The position numbers and the translations under genes were made by a program. A DNA stretch of 64,000 bases. Source: Centroscyllium fabricii (taxonomy: Eukaryota). The notes under the pieces were generated by a model. The model saw only the letters and a program-made list of their open reading frames with translations, ran no database searches and had not been told where the DNA came from. The stretch lies in contig JBNRSN020000019.1 in assembly GCA_051313645.2 (NCBI GenBank), forward strand, positions 20,646,001-20,710,000, written 5' to 3'. Positions within the stretch are counted from its first letter, which is position 1, and each line of letters opens with the position of its first letter. Shown one piece after another: positions 50,017 through 63,000 of this stretch.

Positions 50017-50127
50017 TAACTTGCGAAGAATTGAGAGAGAAATTAGAAGCACAGATGCTTGTTATCGAGGCAGTGCATGGTAAAATTGAACCAGCAACAA
50101 CCGAATCACCTGTTTCCAAAACAAAAG
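50017..50127 (+). CDS. IQUB: IQUB putative exon (111 nt, phase 1-1; VTCEELREKLEAQ...VSKTK)
   Basis: Long pyrimidine tract plus ctcag| acceptor; aaag|gtaaag donor; open frame. Confidence 0.65.
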
Positions 50128-50449
50128 GTAAAGCTGACCGCTGAAAGGTTTGAATTATATACAATATTTAAAATTGCACCTCCCAGATGGTGTGGTACAC
50201 AAAAGATATATTTAAAAGTTAGGAGCACTCTTATCAAGGTGACTTTGCTCCTGACACCAGTAAACCTCTTCCTTACTAGCAGCTAGATACGAGGGACCTG
50301 GAATACTGCATTGACTCTGATGGCAACCTCCCTTCATGCAGCTTTTACTTAAACTTTTTACTGGAGGGCGATTTTCGGCTCCAATGTCGGCAGGAGCTGC
50401 AACACCGACCTTTGCAGCAGCGTCTCCAACTCGACAATATCAAAGGCAC

Positions 50450-52140
50450 TTGTGTTGGCCATGCAGAGAAGATTTACAAAGATGATACCCGAACTGCGAG
50501 GGTGTCAGGAAAGGATGAACAGGCTGGGTCTCTTTTCTCTTGAAAAAAGAAGGCTAATTGGTGACCTAATAGAGGTCTTTAAAATTATGAAAAATATTGA
50601 TCGAATGGATACAGAGAGACTGGGGGGGTGGAGGGGGGATTTCAGCAAAGGAAGCTGTCAGGTTTTGGGCGGGTCAGCTTTCTGTTCCGCCCTCCCAAGG
50701 ACCTGGGAGGCCTGAGCGATTTTGGCTCAAGTGGCCAATTAAATCCCCGCCGGTCTGCTGGGCTTGCAATTCACACTATTGAGTCGGGAACGCAGCACTT
50801 TCCATTCACAGATTGAGTGGGGCGGGCTGTTGATTGACAGGCCTGAACCGTTTCAGTAATAAGAAACCGCTAAGCCTGATTGACAGTTCTCAAGTGGTTC
50901 CTTTCTTTCCATGTTGACACAGCCTTTGTGATGTCAACAGTCTAAGGGAACATTGAAACCACAAAGCAAACGCTCAAGTGACTCACTGTTTGTTTGTGGT
51001 TTCAATGGAATGTAAACAGAAACGGATCCCCTGGGTGATTGACAGCTTGGCTCACAGAGACAGCTCCGCAGCCCGATCTGTATGAATGGCAGAGATTTAA
51101 AGGTTAGTGATTTCTATTTTTGGGGCACTGCATTTATCCACCCTTGGGTGGCAGCTGCACCTCCAGCATGGTGGAGGCTAGCAAGCTGCTGTGTGCCTAC
51201 TGTGCCCATGCCTTGAAGGTGGCAGCCACCCAGCTGACTGGGTGCCCACCACCTTTTTTATGGCGCAGTTCCCACCAGGCGGGTTTTGGGTGGGAAGAGG
51301 GTCAAAATAGCTGAGGGCCCTTAAAATAGGATTACCCATCCAATTAAGGGCCCTCAACGACCTCAATCTGCATCCCTGCTGGCGGGAAATATTCGGGGCG
51401 GCAAAACCCGCCCGAGGAAACTCTGAAATCGGCGGGGATCCGGTGGGGTGGCTTCCCGCCCGCCGGATTTGCGATTTTTACCTCCCGCCCTGCCGGATCC
51501 CCACACTAACTGCCCTCTGAAAATCCCCAGCACTGTTTCCACTTGTGTGGAAGAGCATAAGTAGAGGCCATCAATATAAGATAGTCACCAAGAAATCCAA
51601 TAGGGAATTCAAAAGGAACATTTTTACCCAAAGAGTGGTGAGAATGTGGAACTCGCTACCACAGGGAGTGTCTGAAGCGAATAGTATAGATGCCTTTAAG
51701 GGGAGGCTAGACAAGCATATGAGAGAGGAGGGAATAGAGGGTTATGCTGATAGAATGAGACGAGGAAAGACGGGAGGAGGCTCGTGCGAAGCATAAACGC
51801 CGGCATGGACTGGTTGGGCCGAATGGCCTGTTTTTGTGCTGTATATCCTATGTAATCCTATCTAATGAATTTATAGCTCATTTATAATGCCAAAAAGAGT
51901 AGTAAGCCTGAGGATTGGGAGAATTTTAGAATTCAACAAAGGAAGACCAAGAAATTGATAAAGAAAGGGAAAATAGAATATGAGAGTAAACTAGCGAGAG
52001 ACCTAAAAACAGACTGGAAAGGCTTCTATAGGTATGTAAAAAGGAAAAGATCAGTGAAAGTAAATGGGTCCCTTACAGGCTGATACAGGAAAACATATAA
52101 TGGGGAATAAGGAAATGGAAGAGAAATTAAACAAATACTT
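50450..52140 (+). mobile_element. CR1 fragments with a nested Harbinger-like element (about 50633-51530)
   Basis: LGLFSLEKRRLIGDLIEVFKIMK and FTQRVVRMWNSLP on either side of a GGGGATTT...AAAATCCCC-bounded insert. Confidence 0.65.
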
Positions 52141-53473
52141 TGGGCTGGATTTTGCCAGCTCCGAGGAGGCGGGTATGGAGGCAGGACTGCCGGTAAAGTT
52201 GCAGAAAGTGTGGGCGGCTGGCAAACCTGCCCCCATGCCCTTTTGCCAGGTTGCGGGAAGCTGTCCTGACTTGGGTTCCATCTCCTTGAGGCGGGAAAGC
52301 GATTAAATCCTTTTAACTGCCTGTTAACAGGTAGAAAAAAAGATTAGTCCCATTTTACCTTTTCAAGTGCAGGCTTCCTGACCTCTGAGAACCTCACCGG
52401 GGTGGAGGAGTCTTGTAGGGGGTCGGAGGGGTCTGAAAGTGAGATGTAGAGGTTCAAATGTGGAGAGGTAAGTATGTGAGGTGAGTATAAAGTGTTATAA
52501 CATGTTCACTTACCTTTGTTTCTGCCTACAGCCTTCAGCCGCTCTGGATCTGGAGTCCCGACATCTTCATTGTAGATTTCACAAACTCTCTGTTGGCTCT
52601 TCCGAACCAACAGTCATCTGATTTCTGCAAAGTAGAAAGGTTTTATGAGTCCTGAACACAAGGACTCATCAAACTATACAGAATGTCAGTGTTTGACAGC
52701 TTCGCAGAGCTGTCAAACGTTGACATTTCTTCTTTGAAGAAATCTTGACAGATGGCACATCAGACGTTGAAGTGCTCTGTCAGTGACTTCTCCTTAAGTG
52801 GCCTGCTGAGTCCACAGGTTAACAAGGTCAATCGGTGTTGTGTGACTTCTTACAACAGTTGAATAGAACACGGAAACTCTCAATCAAGACTCATGTATCA
52901 GTAATGGTGACCGGTGCTCATAGAACCATACCTCAGCAAGGAGTCAAATATAGCTAATAAGAATCTTTCCCCCCCAAAAAATAGGAGGAGAAAATTGGCA
53001 AGAAAGAGGCAAATATAATGAAAATCTGATGTTTTATGTTCATTTCATTCAATTAGAATTTGAAAGGAGACATGTGTTAAGTCCGTGCTATCTTATGGTA
53101 TGATAATAAAGACTCGACTCCAGAGCTAATACAAACAGGTGCTTACTAATCGATAACAGAGCATGGAACTAAAGTAAATCACTCCACTCAGGACCTTATA
53201 TACACAGGTGGTCAGAAGTGGTACTGCAGTATCATTACGCTTTACAAAGTAGTGCCATGTTAACTGGAACACTATATACATATACAACAACATGTATGAA
53301 TTAATCATTGAAAAACACACACACAATGCAGAAAGCTGTACTAATCTCCAGACATACGGACTTATGGGATATAAATGAAAGGAGACCATCTCGCTATATC
53401 ACACCAGCTGTGTATTTCTTCATAGCTTTTAAATTTTACATTATCTTTTCATTTTCTCTGTGTTGCTGTTTAG

Positions 53474-53593
53474 CTCCTGAATGTTTGCATTCTCCAACTG
53501 CTGCTGGCCGAGATTTAAAAAGATCAGTATTGCAATCATATCCTGCACTACCAAAGACTCCATCACCAGATAGTGCAAGTAGTACAGCCACAG
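53474..53593 (+). CDS. IQUB: IQUB exon (120 nt, phase 1-1; APECLHSP...SASSTAT)
   Basis: tttag| and acag|gtaatg; ends ..STAT, which splices to VKV as in IQUB (..ATVKV..). Confidence 0.75.
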
Positions 53594-54037
53594 GTAATGA
53601 CTGCCAAAGGGTTGAGCTTATACTGAATTACCAGAAAAATATTACTGTCCAATTTATGTGTTTTACATTATTAACTGATTTGACAGCAAGAGCTGTAATT
53701 TTATTTCTGTAGTTTAACCAGTATAATATATGGCTGTTGGGTGGTATATAATAGTTTGAAAGATTTGCCAACATTTAAAATTTACATCATGCTACTGAAT
53801 ATTTATAAATTGGTTGTACTTCTGTACACCAGCAAGCTACTTAAGCAATGGTCAAAACTGTACAGATGCTGTCACTTTGCTGCTGACTGTAAATTCCAGG
53901 CCATTAAGTACTAGCTTATAATATAAATAATTAATTCATTTTTTTGCTTTTAAACTATTCAAATGTATGTTTAATAGAACACTAAAAATAATTTTTTAGT
54001 TGTGCTAACTAATTAATTGTATTGTTTTTTAATTTAG

Positions 54038-54172
54038 TTAAAGTTGCCCTACTTCCTTCTGGTGATGTTATGACGGTGGCACTCCCCATCTGCCTTACAG
54101 CAGGGAAGCTTAAAGCGCAATTTGGAAAAGAATTGAAATTGCCGGCGCAGGTGCTGCAAATAACGTGTGACA
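54038..54172 (+). CDS. IQUB: IQUB ubiquitin-like domain, first exon (135 nt; VKVALLPSGDVMTVALP...VLQITCD)
   Basis: tttag| and gaca|gtaagc; ubiquitin-fold pattern recognisable as IQUB. Confidence 0.85.
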
Positions 54173-55585
54173 GTAAGCCTGAACCAAAAACAAAAATTGC
54201 TTTGAAAAAAGCAATGATATGAGTGTTCACTGAATTGCTGCAAAATGTGTTGTAGATCATAAAATATTCCAGCATCGAAATCGTCGATTTGGCCCATTAG
54301 TCCTGTGCCAGATTTTTTAATCAACATGAGCCACCTAGGCTAATCCCACTCCAGCTTGCTCCCCAAATACTCTCAGTATTGCACTATTACAAGCAACTTC
54401 CCTTTTGAAAGTACTTTGGACTTTGCTGGAACAACAAACAGTTTGTGACTGGGAATTCCACATTCTGACCACCTTCTATGTAAAGATTTTTTTTCTAACC
54501 TTCCGTTTAATTCTTTTTGTGATTGCCTTAAATGTGTGTCCTCTCTGTTACTGCCTCATTGGCAGGTTAACCTTTCATTTTCTTGATGCCCTTTATCAGG
54601 TCAATTGCTAAACCTTTTGAGCACCAGCGAAGAAAGCCCTAACTGCTTAAGTCTACATACCTAACTATAAACACTCATCCCTGGTAAGATGCTAATAACT
54701 GTGGCACCGCCCCCCCCACACACTTTTGTATCCTTCCTATAAGGTGTCATCGTTCTGACTGAAGAAATACAAATCAAATCAAGCCAAGTCAATTGAGCTT
54801 GATGTAAAATTCCAAGTGGAATGCATGCCCACAAAAAAGCCACAATCTTTTTGGTGGATTTGGCGTGCAGTCGGAACAAGTTTTTCTTTTTGGAGTGGTA
54901 CCCATTTATACCGGGTCTCTATCCTGTACCAGAAGTACTGGGGCTTTGTAACATAGATGTGCGGTTCTTGCATCCACTACTTTTCAGCTTGAAGTCATAG
55001 ATGCAAGCAGGGTTGGCGAGATGACAACACCTGCCAGCCCTGCCTCCAGCGCCACCAATGTTTTATGTATTTGAAAGTTCTGCTAATGACCTGTTAACTC
55101 TCTTATTTTGAATGACCCAAATTGTTGTGCTGGAAGCCAGAAGGCAAAAGTGTATATTCTTTTTAGTGTTGCTTGTGCCTAGCAGAGAGAGGGGAACAAT
55201 TGCCTTATTAGCTGAAGTTTGAATCTGAGAAACCACAGCATTATTTAGTAAGCCTTAATATTATGATCTAAAAACAGAAAATGCTGGAGAAACTCAGCAG
55301 ATCAGGCAGCATTTGTGAAGAGAGAAACAGAGTTAATGTTCCAGGTCGATACTATGATGTTTGGAGATAACATACCAGAATTGCAATTATAACAATTTTT
55401 TTCAAAATGTTAAGAATTAGATTTTACATTTTTTCATCATACTATGAATGATGTGCTAGGCTCCTGTTAAATGAATGTATCATAGAAATAGTTTTTGAAC
55501 CTGAGCCCAGTACACATTCCTAAGGCTTGAGCATCTAATGAAAATTTGGGTGTTGATGAACTAACATTCTTCTCTTATGTTTTAG

Positions 55586-55753
55586 GCAGGATGGCTAAGG
55601 ATTCGGAAACTCTGGTAGATTTAGGAGTCAGACCACATGGTGCTATCCAGCTTGAACTGGTATCAACTGACCCTGAAAAATACCCAATCAAACTAATCAG
55701 ACCACAGCAGGAGTCCGCCACATCTGATGTGATAACTGTCAAAGTTCAAAAAG
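55586..55753 (+). CDS. IQUB: IQUB ubiquitin-like domain, second exon (168 nt; ETLVDLGVRPHGAIQLELVSTDPEKYPI...DVITVKVQK)
   Basis: ttttag| and aaag|gtagcg; in frame with neighbouring exons. Confidence 0.88.
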
Positions 55754-57035
55754 GTAGCGCAGAAGCAGCATCCCCTTGAATATGAGAGAATTCAACAAAT
55801 CTATTCAGATTTGTATAAGAATGCTCATCTTAAAATGAAGTTACTGTTATCATTCTGTGGCTAGGATGCGTTTTAAGAACAATGGGTGATCACATTTTTC
55901 ATGTAATATCCTCATTAACGAGATGAAAATTATGATCACCACCTGTTGGCTCCATTTCCGTTCAAGGTGTGTGGACAGCTTGTCCCATGTTGTCAGCTTA
56001 GAAGTATCTGACCAGGTGCAAGAAAAATAGATGGTAACAGAAGTCCCAGAGCCATAGTTGTCCACGCACATTGGCCTGGAATTTGTGGCTGGCCCTGAAA
56101 AAGCTGCCCACAGAGATCTTGCGATCTCTGTGGCGAGAAGTTTGCCTTTTCCGACGTTCCAGTGATTTAGCGCAGTGTAGTGAGAATTTCCTAGTGCAAT
56201 CTGCTGTGACGTCAACAAGCTGTCCAAGCAGCCAATTACATTGCAGAATTCCAGGAAATGAGAAGCTGCTTTTATCCAGACTTTTTATAAATGTTACCGA
56301 GAGCGAAACAAAGATTGGGGCTGTCCCACAGGGATAAGGTGGAACCTGAAATATCATGAACAAGCTTAAAAAAAAAAAGTTTCTTAATTGCAATTTTTAT
56401 CATAATGGAGAAATTTGACATCCAACAAAATTAAAATGAGTTTTTTGGTGCCATAACTTTTCTTTAGCAGTCAATACGCTGATAAAACCCCAGTTGCACC
56501 TAATCCAGCAAACCCCAACATTTAATGGGGTATTTAACAGCGATATTACCGCAAAAAAGCCAAGTTTTCGTCAGTTTCACCGATTTCACCGATTACACTG
56601 ACTGCCGGCTATGGGGGTACCACAGCCAGTGTCGGAGCAGTGAATGACTGACCGCAACTTCAGGATTTCCACATTAAGATGCGCGTGCACTAAATCCTGA
56701 AGTTGCGGTCAGTTTCAAAGTTGTAAATTCTGACCTTTCAAAGTCTCACTATAAATATCTTAAACTCCCTGAGCAGCTGTGCTCGTGCGCTAACGTGCTG
56801 TACCGAGGAATGGTAGGACATGGGCTCACACCTGCAATTTTTCACTCAATACACCTCCGGTCTCAGCTGAGCCAACAGCGCAGTTTTCTATTTTACTGGA
56901 GACAGGGGAAGCATGGTAAAGGAAAATCAAAGGGTGGGGTTCGCTCACCTACGCGAGCAGCACAGGCAAGAAGCCTGGGAGAAGGTCAATAACTGTAAAG
57001 GTAGTATTTGATTTGATATTCATTGAATACAAAAT

Positions 57036-57778
57036 GGCCCAGAAATTCTGGTGTCCCCCCGGGTGAGTACGCGCTTGGTGCTCACCCGTAGGCCCATCCG
57101 AAGTGCCGGTTTTGTGCATGCACGCGAAACCGGCACTTCCGATCCCCTGACAGAAGGGGTCAGGGGTCGGAACGCGTGCGCGGCAGCGCGTGCGCAATGC
57201 ACTTCCGATTTTTCTTTTTACAGGTCTGTGTGTGGGTAAGTATGGAAAAAGATACGGCTGATATTTTCATGAGCAAAGACTGGTTTTCAGAAGGTAAGTG
57301 GTGAATTAATTCAATTTAAAACATTTTTTCCACAGGTTTTTTATTTTTAAATACTTTAAAGAAGTCAAGTTTATTTTTAGCCCTGTTAAAAACTTTAATT
57401 ATTTTTTTCAAAAATTTGAATTTTTGTTTAAAATAGCTAATTTATATATTTTAAAAATGTGATTTAAAAAAAAAAAAATTATTTGAAGATTTACTGAGGT
57501 TTTGGGGCTTGTAGTATTCATAGGTTTGACAGTCAAACGTATGAATGGAGCATTCTGTGCTCCGATTGGCTCTCTGTGGCCCATGTGATCCCGTGCGATC
57601 CCTCGCACTCCCTCGCACTATCATCGCCGTGGGGATCTGAGAGCGCGGCGTGCCGACAGTTCAGGAAGGCCCCGCATCAGAATTCCGTGCGGGGCCACAG
57701 CTCCACGGCCGGCGTGGTAGGTAAGTGCAGGTTGGAGGCTTGCACTCGCGGGAAGCCTCCAACCCGAATTTCTGGGCC
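57036..57778. mobile_element. Harbinger-like MITE (13-bp TIR GGCCCAGAAATTC, 3-bp TSD AAT)
   Basis: aat|ggcccagaaattc...gaatttctgggcc|aat. Confidence 0.7.
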
Positions 57779-57830
57779 AATATTTTTATAGAACTGAAAG
57801 TGCTGTTCCAGATTATAAAATAGGAACATT

Positions 57831-58619
57831 GGTGGGGATTTTGCCGGAAGGGCGGGAACCTGGCAGGGAGTGGTCTGGGCGGCTTCCTGTCCCGCCCGCC
57901 CAAACAGCTGGGAAGCCCACGCAATTTTAATTTAATTGCGTTGTTAAATCCACACTGGCGGCAGCGGGTGGTAATTAGGTCAATCAAGTCGGGCTGCATT
58001 GGGGCTGCGAGGAATTTGATTGACAGTTCCAGCGCTGGTTGTTGACAGTTCCCATGGAAACACTCCACTGTGACATCACAGTCGAATGGAACCAATGGGA
58101 AAGGTCAAGTGCTGGTGACTGACAGATGGGTGGGCGCGCTCAGAATCCTTCACAGCTCGCACCGTCTGTGAGGGAATCTGCAAAGCTGAGATTTGTCAGT
58201 TTCTGCTCACAGCTGCAGCAGCAACCACGGAGTTACTTACTCCTCTAAGGTACTGGAGGCATGCCAAGCATTAGGCAGCATGTCCTTCACACCTTGAAGG
58301 AGAAAGTAATAACCAGCGCTGTGCTCCTGCTGGGTTTCACCCAGCGGGGTTTAAAGTGACGGGATTAGGGCGGGAAACAGGGCAAAATGGCTGAGGGCTC
58401 TTAAAATGGCATTAAAAATGCCAATTAAGGGCCCTTAACGCGGTGACAACCCATCCCCGCCGGCCGGCGTCGGGAAGGTTTCGGGGCGCGGAAGCTGGGC
58501 GGGGGGAAAATGAGAAAGTGGCGGGGTTACGGCGGGGGAGGTCGGGACCCGCCGGTTCTGCTATTTTGCCGGCCGGGCCACCGAAAACCCCACATCACGG
58601 GGGCATGAAATTTCCCCCC
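57831..58619. mobile_element. Putative Harbinger-like non-autonomous element
   Basis: ggggattttgcc...tgaaatttccccc termini; longer version of 47460-47890. Confidence 0.55.
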
Positions 58620-59064
58620 ATTGTGTGGCCGGGTATGTTGTTAGGCAATTGGGAGGGTGGTGTATAGTCAAGTGACACAAGCCTTATTTGGATGAGCTAA
58701 CTCCTTGATTTCTTCCCCCCCCCCCCCCCCCCCCCATACAAGACAACACTTTATCCAGCTTGTAAGTTATTCCTAAAGTGCAGCACATTACTGATAGCAG
58801 CATGTGGCCATAAGCCCCTGCCCCCATACCCACAGACTTCATGAACAGCAAAGGGGTCAACTCTATTAATTCAGCTGGTGTACAATCATTTTCTTTATTA
58901 CAGTGAGGTATTTAAAACATGAAATGCAAGATGCCATTTATACATTCAAGAATGCAAATTTCATTAAACCGAATTATTGTGGAAAAACAGACTGGCTAAA
59001 ATGGTTTACAAACAAATGGATATTCTGAAAATGTTGCTTTTCTAACAATACTGATTTCTTGTAG

Positions 59065-59240
59065 ATGACCAGACGTGCTGCTCTGTGGTGGTGGAGATTG
59101 AAAGACTTCCCTATCATAAGCCTTTTTTAGGTGGCTACAAACACAGACACACGGGAACAGAATTTCATCATGCAGGAACACAGACCCCATCAAAAAGGAG
59201 AATAAATTGTTGTGTGGAGAAGTTCTGCAGGGAGACACAG
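59065..59240 (+). CDS. IQUB: IQUB exon (176 nt; VVVEIERLPYHKPFLGGYKHRHTGTEFHHAGTQT...FCRETQ)
   Basis: ttgtag| and acag|gtagaa; contains the IQUB hallmark KPFLGG.+H..TG.E.H.AGTQT. Not in the ORF track; translated by hand. Confidence 0.92.
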
Positions 59241-60005
59241 GTAGAATGAAACACTTTGGTTGTGTAATTTGTTAGATTTTTTTAAGAATAACTTAAAAAA
59301 AACTTTAATCTGCTGCTTTGGACTTTTTTTTATTACTTTTATGAAAAATTCAGCATCCTATTCAAAAGTCTTTTCCTCTCAGGTGACACTTCAGGAATAA
59401 CATGCAACTTCACTGCTAATTTCACCACACCTATTTTGATTAGTGGCAGGAGCTGTAAATCAAGTAGTGAGGACACTTGTGTTAGCAGTCCATCTGGGGA
59501 AAGGAAAATTGTCTTTCCACCCAATACTCCACTGAAAAGCCCAGCCAATAAACTGTAAAGAGAACCTTTTGCCCTACTGAGGCAGGTAAAGTGACGGGAA
59601 GCTCTGTGATTGTGCTTTGTTTCTTTAAAGTAAACCCAATCAGAGCTGAAGTTAGAAATATCTCAAAAATATAACCAGACTGGGGTGAACTACTTGTGGT
59701 TTTGTGTGCAGCATTATAGGGCTTGTAAGGCCAATGTTTTTCACCACTAACAATGTTCTTGCAAGAGAAGTATCAAAATCAATCTTGGTCTATCTAAAAT
59801 GGGTGAAATCTGCTAAGTCACTGTGTGGCTTTTCAAAGCTCCTTGTATTTGAAAGGTGGTTTGGTTTCTGCTTCAAGTTGACCTTGTGTTAAACTGGAAC
59901 TCGCGATGTCCCAAAACACTTTACAGCTTTTGAAGTGTAGTCACTCTTGTAATGTAGACTTGAACAGTTCCCATGGATTGGAGGGTAGCTAATGTAACCC
60001 CACTG

Positions 60006-63000
60006 TGACCGAAATAACGACCTCGTGGACGAGTAGTTAAGAGGATGAAACAATTAGGCTTTTATTCACTAAAGGTGGACATGCACCAGCTAGTCGACCG
60101 TCCCCAGGAATGGCAGGGGGAAGGGAGACGGCCGCTTATGTACCTGGCACCGGGAGGGAGGAGTCGCAGGCGGGGCCAGCATGGGCATGTCCAGGTAATC
60201 GTACACAGTGAACTATGATACAACATGGTGAATAGTACGATTACAACGATACATATATATACATAGAAGAGTGGATATATATACATAAAAGAGTGGTTTA
60301 CCACATTCACCCCTTCTTTAAAACGAAAGTCCGGCGGGGTGAATGCGACAGTTCTTTTAATTTACAGGTTCAGTCTTTCAGGCGGCCTGGTAAGCCTGGT
60401 GGAACGGCGCACCGCTGGTGGTGTCGGCGGGCGTGAAATAGTCGGTTGGGTTGGTCGCACCGCTGGCGATGGTGTCGGTGGGCGTACGATAGCCGGTTGA
60501 GTTGGTTGGTTCCTCGTCGGTGCCCTTGCGGTGACGGTTGGTGGCGCGCTCTCCCCTTCGTCGTCTGACTCTAGGGGGCGTGTGCTATGGAGCCATGCTG
60601 GAGGCCATGCCGTGCTGCCTACAGGTGCCGGGCGGACGTACCGTGGTGCCTGATTCTCGTGCCGGGGAGCGTACCTTGGCGCCGGTGGCCCGTGTGAGGT
60701 GGCAGGCGCGGGGGCGCGAGCTGCTGGGCGGGGCTGGTTTTGGGGGCCCCCACTGGTGCCAGGTCCTTGATGGACACGGTGTCCTCCCTCCCGTCGGGGT
60801 ACGCCACGTAGGCGTACTGGGGATTGGCGTGCAGGAGGTGGACCCGTTTGACCAGGGGGTCTGACTTGTGGCCCCTCACGTGCTTCCGGAGTAGGACTGG
60901 TCCCGGGGATGATGGCCACGATGGCAGCGAGGTCCCGGAAGCTGACTTACTGGGGAAGGCAAAAAGTCGCTCGTGAGGGGTGGCGTTGGTGGCCGTGCAA
61001 AGGAGTGACTGGATGGAGTGGAGCGCTTCGGGGAGGACGTCCTGCCAGCGGGAGACTGGGAGGCCTTTAGACCGTAGGGCTAATAGAATGGCCTTCCAGA
61101 TAATGCCGTTCTCCCTCTCTACCTGTCCGTTCCCCCGGGGGTTGTAGCTGGTAGTCCTGGTAGTAGCGATGCCTTTGGCTAGCAGGAACTGATGTAGCTC
61201 GTCACTCATGAAAGCGGCCCCCCGGTCGCTATGGATGTAGCTGGGGTAGCCGAACAGGGAGAAAATGCTGTGGAGGGCCTTGATGACTGGCAGAGGTCAT
61301 GTCAGGGCAGGGGATGGCAAAGGGGAAGCGCGAGTACTCGTCGATGACGTTAAGGAAGTACACGTTCCTGTTGGCCGAGGGAAGGGGCCCTTTAAAATCG
61401 ACGCTGAGTCTTTCAAAGGGGCGGGTGGCCTTGATCAGATGCGCCCGGTCTGGCCGAAAGAAGTGCGGCTTGCACTCCGCACAGACCTGGCAGTTGCTGG
61501 TCATGGTCTTGACCTCCTCGATGGAGATGGGGAGGTTGCGGGACTTCACAAAGTGAACCAACCTGGTGACCCCCGGGTGGCAGAGGTCGTTGTGCAGGGT
61601 TTGGAGATGGTCTACTTGTGCGCTGGCACATGTACCGCGTGATAGGGCGTCTGGGGGTTCGTTGAATTTCCCGGGCCGGTACAAGATATCATAATTGAAA
61701 GCAGAGAGCTCAATTCTCCACCTTAATATCTTGTCGTTCTTGATTTTACCCCGCTCTTTGTTGTTGAACATAAAAGCGACTGAGCGTTGGTCAGTCAGCA
61801 GGGTAAATCGTTTGCCGGACAGATAGTGCTTCCAGTGGCGCACTGCTTCAACAATGGCCTGGGCCTCCTTCTCGACTGAGGAGTGACGGGTCTCGGAGCC
61901 CTGGAGGGTACGTGAGAAGAAGGCCACGGGTCTGCCCGCCTGGTTAAGGGTGGCAGCCAGGGCAAAGTCCGATGCATCGCTCTCGACCTGGAACGGGACG
62001 GACTCGTCCACAGTGTGCATCGTTGCCTTTGCAATTTCGTCCTTAATGCCGCAGAACGCCGCGCGGGCATCTGCTGACGGGGAATGAGGTTGATTTAAGT
62101 AGTGGGCGAGCTTTGTCCGCATAGTTGGGGACCCACTGGGCATAATAGGCGAAGAACCCCAAGCACCTTTGAGGGCCTTGAGGGAGTGGGGGAGGGGGAG
62201 CTCCAGGAGGGTGTGCATGCGGTCCGGGTCGGGACCGATGACCCCATTCTCCACAACACTGCCGAGGATGGCGAGGCGGGTGGTCCTGAACACACATTTT
62301 TCTGTGTTATAGGTCAGGTTGAGTGTTTTGGCGGTGTGGAGAAATTTCTGGAGGTCGGCGTCATGGTCCTGCTGATCGTGGCCGCAGATGGTCACATTAT
62401 CAAGATACGGGAAAGTGGCTCGCAGCCCGTACTGATTGACCATTCGGTCCATCTCCCTTTGGAAGACCGAGACCCCATTCGTGACGCCAAACGGGACCCT
62501 GAGGAAGTGATAGAGGCGACCGTCAGCCTCGAAGGCAGTATAGAGACGGTCCTCTGGGCGAATGGGGAGCTGGTGATACGCGGACTTCAGATCTATAGTT
62601 GAGAAAACCCGAAACTGCGCGATCTGATTTACCATGTCCGCTATCCGGGGGAGGGGGTACGCATCTAACTGGGTGAACCGGTTAATGGTCTGGCTATAGT
62701 CCACTACCATCTGGTTCCTAGCTCCGGTCTTCACCACCACTACCTGCGCCCTCCAGGGGCTGTTACTGGCCTCGATGACCCCCTCCCTCAGGAGGCGCTT
62801 CACCTTGGACTTAATGAAGTCCATGTCCCCGGCACTGTAGCGCCTACTTTTGGTGGCGACGGGCTTGCAGTCCGGGGTGAGGTTAGCAAAGAGCGAGGGA
62901 GGGGCGACCTTAAGGGTCGAGAGGCCACAGGTAGCGCGCTGTGGATGCTGCGTGGAGCGCCGGTTGCAGACCGTGAGCGGGGGAAGGGGCCCACCGTACG

